A stretch of DNA of 64,000 nt from an uncultured Bacteroidales bacterium (GTDB lineage Bacteria; Bacteroidota; Bacteroidia; Bacteroidales; VadinHA17). The position numbers and the translations under genes are program-made. The notes below the pieces were generated by a model that worked only from the letters and a program-made list of their open reading frames with translations, was not told the origin of the DNA and made no database searches. The stretch lies in contig CAVTIJ010000002.1 of assembly GCA_963734885.1 (NCBI GenBank), positions 259,977 to 323,976 on the forward strand. Direction: 5' to 3'. Numbering within the stretch: the stretch's first letter is position 1; every line of letters starts with the position of its first letter. Shown here in pieces: positions 57,395 through 64,000 of the stretch.

Positions 57395-58777
57395 TCAGGT
57401 CCTTTTAACAATCTCAATAACAGTATTTGCCAGTTCTTCAGCTTCTGTTATTGTTCTGCCTTCTGCATAAATACGCATGATTGGCTCGGTATTGGATTTC
57501 CGTATCTGGACCCAACCGTTTTTATCTTCAATCCATAAGCCATCACGGTCATCAGTAAGATGTCCATGAAAATAACTTTTTACTCTGTCTGTTATCTTGC
57601 TGAATTCTTTCCCCGGATCCAGGGCAAGCTTTTTCTTTGCTATAACATATTGAGGATAAGTCTTTCGCAAAGCGGAACATTTTAGTCCTGATTTAGCAAT
57701 ATGAGAAAGGAAAAGAGCGATTCCGACAAGAGCGTCGCGACCATAGTGCAATTCTGGATAGATTACCCCGCCATTACCCTCGCCGCCAATAACCGCATTC
57801 CTTTTTTTCATTTCCTCTATTACATTTACCTCTCCAACAGATGCAGAGAAGCGCTGGAAGCCATATCCTGAGGTTATATCTTTCAGGGCTTTTGTAGATG
57901 AGAGATTTGATACTGTATTTCCGGGAGTGGCCTTTAACACATAATCAGAGACTGAAACAAGAGTATATTCCTCACCGAACATCGATCCGTCTTCACACAC
58001 AATAGCTAATCGGTCGACATCCGGATCGACAACAAATCCAATATCAGCTTTTGATTTTACAACAAATGCAGAAATATCTTTAAGATTTTCAGGTATAGGT
58101 TCCGGATTATGTGCGAAATTACCATCAGGTGTGGTATTCAGCTCAAATATTTTATTCACACCCAGCGCTCTCAGCAATGCAGGAAGTATGATTCCGCCGA
58201 CTGAATTTACACAATCTATCGCGACTGTAAAATCTGCTCTTTTTATAGCTTTAATGTCAACCAGTTTTAAAGCCAGGATCTGGTCCATATGTTTCTTCCC
58301 CCAAGATTCATCAATGGTCACAGTGCCGGTGCTGTCATTCGCTATAAAGTTAAAATCTTCTTTATCAGCTATTTCAAGAACTTCTATTCCGTCAGGACCG
58401 GAAAGGAACTCACCCTTTTCATTCAGAAGCTTCAGTGCGTTCCATTCTGCCGGATTATGGCTTGCGGTTATAATAATTCCTCCGTCAGCCTTGTTGCCTG
58501 TAACTGCAATTTCCACAGTCGGTGTTGTTGCCAGCCCCAGATCGACCACATTTATTCCAAGACTTCTTAATGTGGTGACTACCATACTATTCACCATACT
58601 TCCTGATTTGCGGGCATCGCGACCTACAATCACAAGTAACCCGTTCTTTTTATGTCTTTTTTGCAGCCATGTCCCAAAAGAGGCTGCAAACTTAACAATG
58701 TCAAGAGGAGAAAGACTTTCACCAGGCTTTCCACCTATCGTTCCACGAATACCTGATATAGATTTTATTAAGGCCAT
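57395..58777 (-). CDS. glmM: phosphoglucosamine mutase
   Basis: 460 aa. Phosphoserine loop TASHNPAEWNALK, metal loop DPDVDR, GGEGNGG sugar-binding loop. Confidence 0.85.
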   Translation of the reverse strand: MALIKSISGIRGTIGGKPGESLSPLDIVKFAASFGTWLQKRHKKNGLLVIVGRDARKSGSMVNSMVVTTLRSLGINVVDLGLATTPTVEIAVTGNKADGGIIITASHNPAEWNALKLLNEKGEFLSGPDGIEVLEIADKEDFNFIANDSTGTVTIDESWGKKHMDQILALKLVDIKAIKRADFTVAIDCVNSVGGIILPALLRALGVNKIFELNTTPDGNFAHNPEPIPENLKDISAFVVKSKADIGFVVDPDVDRLAIVCEDGSMFGEEYTLVSVSDYVLKATPGNTVSNLSSTKALKDITSGYGFQRFSASVGEVNVIEEMKKRNAVIGGEGNGGVIYPELHYGRDALVGIALFLSHIAKSGLKCSALRKTYPQYVIAKKKLALDPGKEFSKITDRVKSYFHGHLTDDRDGLWIEDKNGWVQIRKSNTEPIMRIYAEGRTITEAEELANTVIEIVKRT

Positions 58778-58872
58778 TTTTCAAAGGATTTCAATCAATG
58801 CAAAGGTGCAAAAAAATCGTCAGATTAATATCAGCAAATAATTGTACCTTTGCACCCTGATAAATTATTGAT

Positions 58873-59721
58873 ATGGAGAACCAAAACGCTGCAGGAAGAA
58901 CAAGAAAATACATGAAACCTGAAGCAAATGATCCAAAGAAACGTAAACCTTCAGGCAAACCGGAAAGAAAAGGTAATTCTGACCCAACGACAGGTGAAAG
59001 CAGGTCAACACTGATCAGGCTTAACAGGTTCATCGCGAACAGTGGTGTCTGTTCACGCAGGGATGCTGATGAGCATATTAAGAACGGTCTGATTACTGTC
59101 AATGGGAATGTTGTGACCGATATGGGAACGAAAGTGAGCTATGATGATGATGTAAGGTTTAAAAATAAAAAACTTTCAGCAGAGAAAAAGGTATATATTT
59201 TAATGAATAAGCCCAAAGACTATGTTACCACCGTCGAGGATCCTCATGCTGAGCATACTGTTCTGGAGCTTATAGGCAATGATTGTCCTGAAAGAGTCTA
59301 TCCGGTGGGACGTCTTGATAAAGCAACCACGGGAGTGCTTCTTCTCACTAATGATGGAGATCTTGCAGGGAAACTTACTCATCCGAAATATAAAAGAAGA
59401 AAAATATATCATGTCTTTCTCGATAATCCTGTTACAAAGAATGATCTGTTTAAACTGACTGAAGGCATTGAACTTGACGGGATGACAATTATCGCTGATG
59501 CAGTTTCGTACGCTGATCCCGATGACAAGAGTCAGATAGGAATTGAGCTACATTCAGGTCAGAACAGGGTCATACGCCGGATGTTTGAAACGCTGGGTTA
59601 TAAAGTTAAGAAACTCGATCGCGTATATTTTGCCGGACTCACAAAAAAGAATGTGCAACGCGGAAAATGGCGCTACCTTAATGATAAGGAAATAAGCATG
59701 CTCAAGCGCGGAATCTTTTAA
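58873..59721 (+). CDS. rRNA pseudouridine synthase (RsuA/RluB family) with S4 domain and basic N-terminal extension
   Basis: 282 aa. S4 domain IRLNRFIANSGVCSRRDADEHIKNG. Catalytic GRLDKATTGVLLLTNDG. Confidence 0.85.
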   Translation: MENQNAAGRTRKYMKPEANDPKKRKPSGKPERKGNSDPTTGESRSTLIRLNRFIANSGVCSRRDADEHIKNGLITVNGNVVTDMGTKVSYDDDVRFKNKKLSAEKKVYILMNKPKDYVTTVEDPHAEHTVLELIGNDCPERVYPVGRLDKATTGVLLLTNDGDLAGKLTHPKYKRRKIYHVFLDNPVTKNDLFKLTEGIELDGMTIIADAVSYADPDDKSQIGIELHSGQNRVIRRMFETLGYKVKKLDRVYFAGLTKKNVQRGKWRYLNDKEISMLKRGIF

Positions 59722-59730
59722 TCTTTCAAA

Positions 59731-60609
59731 ATGAATCACAGAGCTGGTTTTGTTAATATATTGGGAAATCCTAATGTCGGGAAATCGACTATTATGAATG
59801 CTCTTGTGGGTGAAAAACTTTCAATCATTACCGCAAAAGCACAAACCACCCGGCACAGGATAATGGGGATTGTGAATGGAGAGGATTTTCAGATAGTATA
59901 TTCCGATACTCCCGGCATATTAAGGCCTCAGTACAAGCTCCAGGAGACAATGATGAACTCTGTAAATTCCGCCCTGTCGGATGCAGATATGATCCTCTAT
60001 GTTACTGATGTCGGTGAACGCTCAGCAAACGAAGGAGAATACATTGACAAGATCAAAGAATCGGGTATTCCTGTAATCATTGCTTTGAATAAGGTGGATC
60101 TTACAACACAGGAAGATCTGGAAAAAATTGTTGAACCCTGGCATGTTGCATTTCCTGATTCGCCAATTATTCCTGTTTCAGGATTGAAAAAATTCAATCT
60201 CGATTCTCTTCTGAATGCAATTCTGGCCAAACTGCCGGAGAGTCCTCCGTTTTTCCCTAAAGATCAGCTGACAGACAAATACGAACGTTTTTTTGCTTCG
60301 GAAATAATTCGCGAAAAGATTCTTATAAATTACAAGAAAGAGATCCCCTATTCCGTTGAAGTTGAAATTGAAGAATTTAAGGACGAAAAGACCATTATTA
60401 AAATCAGAGCTTTGATCCATGTGGTCCGCGACAGCCAGAAAGGAATAATTATAGGTCATAAAGGATCAATGCTAAAAAGGGTTGGCACGGAAGCAAGACA
60501 TGATATGGAAGATTTTTTCAGGAAGAAAGTCTTCCTGGAGTTATACGTCAAAGTATCAAAAGACTGGAGAGATAAACCACAGGTACTTAAACGTTTTGGT
60601 TATCAATAG
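59731..60609 (+). CDS. era: GTPase Era
   Basis: 292 aa. G1 GNPNVGKST, G3 DTPG, G4 NKVD, C-terminal KH domain (IIGHKGSMLKRVG). Confidence 0.95.
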   Translation: MNHRAGFVNILGNPNVGKSTIMNALVGEKLSIITAKAQTTRHRIMGIVNGEDFQIVYSDTPGILRPQYKLQETMMNSVNSALSDADMILYVTDVGERSANEGEYIDKIKESGIPVIIALNKVDLTTQEDLEKIVEPWHVAFPDSPIIPVSGLKKFNLDSLLNAILAKLPESPPFFPKDQLTDKYERFFASEIIREKILINYKKEIPYSVEVEIEEFKDEKTIIKIRALIHVVRDSQKGIIIGHKGSMLKRVGTEARHDMEDFFRKKVFLELYVKVSKDWRDKPQVLKRFGYQ

Positions 60610-60630
60610 AATAATAATATTAAATACCGT

Positions 60631-61935
60631 ATGAGCAGGATAGTTGCTATAGTAGGAAGACCAAATGTTGGGAAATCGACACTTTTCAACAGGCTTACCG
60701 ATTCGAGGGAAGCTATTGTTGATGAAGTAAGCGGAGTAACCCGCGATCGCAACTATGGAGTGTCGCATTGGAATGGCATGGATTTTTCGGTTATCGATAC
60801 CGGAGGATATGTTCAGAACTCGGATGATATTTTTGAAGAAGAAATAAATAAACAGGTACTTCTGGCGATCGAAGAATCGGATCTGATCCTCTTTATGGTT
60901 GATGTAACTTCGGGGATTCATGAACTGGATACGTCAGTCGCTTCACTGCTACGCCGGGTTGACAAGAAGGTCCTGGTAGTGGTAAACAAGGTTGATAATG
61001 GTGAAAGGCTGCTTGATGCAGCTGAATTCTATAATCTTGGTCTCGGTGATTATTTCCCGCTAAGCTCGATGAATGGCAGCGGAACAGGAGAACTTCTGGA
61101 TGAAGTTGTAAAATGCCTGCCTGAAGAAGAACCGGGGCTCATGCCGGAATTGCCAAGAATTGCCATTGTAGGCCGGCCAAACGTAGGTAAATCGTCGCTG
61201 GTAAATTCATTACTGGGCGAAGAAAGGAATATTGTAACACCTTTGGCCGGAACAACCCGCGATTCAATTTACACCAGATATAATAAATTTCAGCATGATT
61301 TTCTTCTGGTCGACACAGCAGGACTGCGCAAAAAAGGGAAAGTAAGCGAAGATATCGAGTTTTATTCAGTAATGCGGGCTGTTAAAACAATTGAGAACTC
61401 AGATATATGTCTTCTTTTAATTGATGCGACCAGAGGGATTGAATCGCAGGATCTCAATATTATGTCTCTTATTCAAAAGAACAACAAGGGCATGATAGTA
61501 CTTGTCAATAAGTGGGATTTGATCCAAAAAGAGAATAATACAACAATCATTTTCGAAAATGACATCAGGGAAAAAACAGCACCCTTCACTGATTACCCTA
61601 TACTTTTTATCTCAGCAATAAATAAACAGCGCATTCACAAAGTTCTTGAACTTGTTGAAAAGGTAAATGAGAACCGGAACAGAAAGATCAGCACATCTGA
61701 ATTAAATGAAGTGATGCTGCAGGTTATAAAGAATAATCCGCCTCCGGCATTAAAGGGGAAATATGTTAAAATCAAATATGTTACCCAGCTTCCTATATAT
61801 ACACCGGCTTTTGCATTCTTCTGCAATCTTCCTCAATATGTGAAAGATCCATATAAGAGGTACCTTGAAAACAGGATGAGAGAGAAATTTGAGTTCACGG
61901 GCGTGCCAATAAGGATATTTTTCCGAAAAAAATGA
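60631..61935 (+). CDS. der: ribosome biogenesis GTPase Der (EngA)
   Basis: 434 aa. Two GTPase domains, each with GRPNVGKS / DTGG or DTAG / NKVD or NKWD, plus a KH-like C-terminus. Confidence 0.95.
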   Translation: MSRIVAIVGRPNVGKSTLFNRLTDSREAIVDEVSGVTRDRNYGVSHWNGMDFSVIDTGGYVQNSDDIFEEEINKQVLLAIEESDLILFMVDVTSGIHELDTSVASLLRRVDKKVLVVVNKVDNGERLLDAAEFYNLGLGDYFPLSSMNGSGTGELLDEVVKCLPEEEPGLMPELPRIAIVGRPNVGKSSLVNSLLGEERNIVTPLAGTTRDSIYTRYNKFQHDFLLVDTAGLRKKGKVSEDIEFYSVMRAVKTIENSDICLLLIDATRGIESQDLNIMSLIQKNNKGMIVLVNKWDLIQKENNTTIIFENDIREKTAPFTDYPILFISAINKQRIHKVLELVEKVNENRNRKISTSELNEVMLQVIKNNPPPALKGKYVKIKYVTQLPIYTPAFAFFCNLPQYVKDPYKRYLENRMREKFEFTGVPIRIFFRKK

Positions 61936-61984
61936 TCAAATTTGGGGTAGATTTTGTTTGTAATGTATATTTAATTTAAGAGTA

Positions 61985-62500
61985 ATGAAGAAAATTAAAT
62001 ATCTGCTCCTTATTTTTATTGTCATCTCCCTTGTTTATGCCTGTAAGAAAATCCAGCAATTGTCGGGTGTTCCTCATATTGATTTTACAAATTTTTCAAT
62101 TTTTGACACTACCGATATTCTTGGCAACCATTCCAAGGGTGGAAGATTAAGATTCCATTTCGAAGATGGTGACGGGGATGTAGGATTAAATAATCCCACT
62201 CCGGGACAACCTGATTCTACAAATCTGTTCCTGACGCTTTATAGGATTAAAAACGGAGTCAGGGTTGCAGCTCCTCCAACGGATCCAATACTTCCCTCTG
62301 CTTACAGGATTCCCTATATGGAAAGATTAGGCAGAGACAAAATACTCAAAGGGACTATTTCAGTAACATTTCTATATTTATTTTATTCCCCCGGGGATAC
62401 AATATCCTATGATTTTTATATCGAAGACAGAGCCTTCAATCAAAGCAATGTGGTTTCAACTACGGATATTGTTTTATCGAAGAATAACACTTACAAATAG
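61985..62500 (+). CDS. hypothetical lipoprotein
   Basis: 171 aa. Lipobox ISLVYAC. No family recognised. Confidence 0.5.
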   Translation: MKKIKYLLLIFIVISLVYACKKIQQLSGVPHIDFTNFSIFDTTDILGNHSKGGRLRFHFEDGDGDVGLNNPTPGQPDSTNLFLTLYRIKNGVRVAAPPTDPILPSAYRIPYMERLGRDKILKGTISVTFLYLFYSPGDTISYDFYIEDRAFNQSNVVSTTDIVLSKNNTYK

Positions 62501-62504
62501 AGTT

Positions 62505-64000
62505 TCAGACCCTCACACCCATTAGCAAAACGTCATCTACCTGATCATATTCACCTTTCCAGTCGAAGTAGAATTTTGTCATAGCTTCCTTCTGGTCCTC
62601 CATTGGAAGTTTTGATATCTGCTCAATCAATCGTTTAAGCCGTGCAATTTTCAGTTTCTTGCCATCAGCTCCACCGAACTGGTCGGGCAGACCATCGGAG
62701 AACAAATAGATAGTATCTCCTTCCTTAAGATAATATTCCTGATCGTCAAAGTACTTTTCCACGACTGACTCACCCCCAACTGAAGACCGGTTACCTTTAA
62801 TATAGAATGGTTCACCATCAAGAACAAGAATTACGGGACGCATTGCAGACGCAAATCTGATATGACGTGTTGAGATACTGAATTCGCAAATGACCATATC
62901 CATGCCATCGTTTGAAACTCCTAATTCCACATTCTGATTGAGTGTGGAAAATATCTGCTTATCAAGCAGGCTTAATATTTCAGATGGTTTTGAAATACCT
63001 TTTCTTGTAACTATATCCTGCAAAAGCGTTGATCCGATCATCGACATAAATGCGCCGGGTACTCCATGCCCGGTTGAGTCAGCACATACAAGGATAAATT
63101 TATCTTCTTCAAGTTTATCAAACCAATAAAAATCACCGCTTACGATATCGCGTGGATGAAACAGAATAAATGCATCCTTAAATGTATCCTTCAGTTTGTT
63201 AATATCAGGCAGGATAGATGATTGAATCCGTTTGGCATAATTTATACTGTCAGTAATTTCAATGTTCTGAAGCTCAATTTCTCCTTTCTGCTTCATCACA
63301 ACACTCGTCCTTGCATCGAGTTCTTTTTCAAGATATTCCTGAATTTTCTTCTGCGATTTATCTCTTTCCCTGATTATCAGCAGAATAACACCGGTAAGCG
63401 CAGCAATACAGCAAAGAATGAACCACCATGTTCTGTAATAAGGTTTCTTTATTAAAATGGAAAATGTGACTGGGACACCCTGCGATAAGCCATCCTGATT
63501 TATCGAAATCATGCTAAACTTATACTTACCGTCACTGAGGCTGTAGAGAGCTTCCCGCGAAGTGGTCATCTTACTCCAGTCAAGATCAAAATTTTCGAGA
63601 AAAGAGCTGTAATATACTTTGTCGGGCGAACTGAAATCAATGCCTGAATAGTAGATTTTAATTTTGTATTTCATATAAGGGAGCACAAATGCAGGCTGGT
63701 AAGGATATGCCACATCGTTTATCTCAATTGTATTAATATTATTGAACGGAGCTATTTCATTCTTCCGTTCTTTCATCCTGTCATAAATTATTAAACCTTC
63801 TGTTGTTCCGATAAAGATCTTTTTGTCATCAGATTCAAACATTCCGCCAGTATTACAAACACCGATCTTGGCAAAATCATTTCCCAGTATTCTTACAGTA
63901 CCAGTATTGGTATCATACTTCGAAAATCCCTTATTATGTCCTACCCAGATATTATTATCAGCGTCAGCAAGAATACTGTAACAATAATTTGACATCAGAT
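62505..64000 (-). CDS. sensor PP2C/SpoIIE-family phosphatase with periplasmic propeller / Y_Y_Y region (5' end outside window)
   Basis: The frame is open to the window edge. Y_Y_Y-like YKIKIYYSGIDF..YYSSFLENFD..W, a TM segment WWFILCCIAALTGVILLII, a coiled coil, then PP2C motifs SGDFYWF and CADSTGHGVPGA. Confidence 0.8.
   Translation of the reverse strand, partial: LMSNYCYSILADADNNIWVGHNKGFSKYDTNTGTVRILGNDFAKIGVCNTGGMFESDDKKIFIGTTEGLIIYDRMKERKNEIAPFNNINTIEINDVAYPYQPAFVLPYMKYKIKIYYSGIDFSSPDKVYYSSFLENFDLDWSKMTTSREALYSLSDGKYKFSMISINQDGLSQGVPVTFSILIKKPYYRTWWFILCCIAALTGVILLIIRERDKSQKKIQEYLEKELDARTSVVMKQKGEIELQNIEITDSINYAKRIQSSILPDINKLKDTFKDAFILFHPRDIVSGDFYWFDKLEEDKFILVCADSTGHGVPGAFMSMIGSTLLQDIVTRKGISKPSEILSLLDKQIFSTLNQNVELGVSNDGMDMVICEFSISTRHIRFASAMRPVILVLDGEPFYIKGNRSSVGGESVVEKYFDDQEYYLKEGDTIYLFSDGLPDQFGGADGKKLKIARLKRLIEQISKLPMEDQKEAMTKFYFDWKGEYDQVDDVLLMGVRV

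Noticed and set aside
58131-58841. A 236-aa ORF antisense to glmM. Similar long antisense ORFs occur at 5421-6035, 3363-3866 and 55168-55593.
   Set aside because: Each lies entirely opposite a well-supported gene. They have S/P/T/L-rich shadow-frame composition and no recognisable motifs, so they are most likely non-coding.

Overview
This is a chromosomal window most consistent with a Bacteroidota genome. That is an inference from a FISUMP-domain protein, a CarboxypepD_reg-type TonB receptor, a fused SecDF, TAnnTTTG-type promoter boxes and no obvious Shine-Dalgarno signals. GC is roughly 40% by eye. I call 48 protein-coding genes, 2 tRNAs (Gly-GCC, Leu-TAA), one gene remnant, several hairpin terminators and a set of structured intergenic repeats. 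Positions 1-40 kb are dominated by exported glycan-degrading, esterase and redox enzymes: two GH2, a GH1, a GH9-like protein, two alpha/beta esterases, an SGNH hydrolase, an AKR, an OYE and an Ldh_2. This part also holds an orphan TonB-dependent receptor and an exported YceI/MsrA/MsrB cluster. Positions 40-64 kb are mostly housekeeping: mutS, saccharopine dehydrogenase, Usp proteins, tatA, secDF, a MacAB/TolC-like efflux operon, glmM, era and der. I saw no CRISPR array, integrase, transposase, phage genes, toxin-antitoxin pair or recognisable defence genes. I cannot honestly point to a clear novel multi-gene system. Seven things deserve a second look. (1) A dense family of hairpin-forming intergenic repeats built from CACAAAGG/CACAGAGG units, at 8 or more loci, plus three GC-rich structured elements at 42.9, 49.1 and 52.5 kb. 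(2) A 118-bp direct duplication that starts at the 3' edge of tRNA-Leu and brackets a GH2 gene and a gene remnant. (3) Two genes 4 kb apart (saccharopine dehydrogenase, Usp) whose true N-termini sit one nucleotide out of frame from their ATG. (4) An AT-rich array of 16-17-bp periodic repeats and palindromes upstream of a 628-aa orphan lipoprotein with a possible transglutaminase-like Cys/His/Asp core. (5) An exported MsrA plus MsrB cluster next to YceI and a 4-TM protein. (6) An AT-rich islet of three orphan genes. (7) An efflux operon lacking its ATPase. All functional calls rest on motifs read from the translations. No database search was run.
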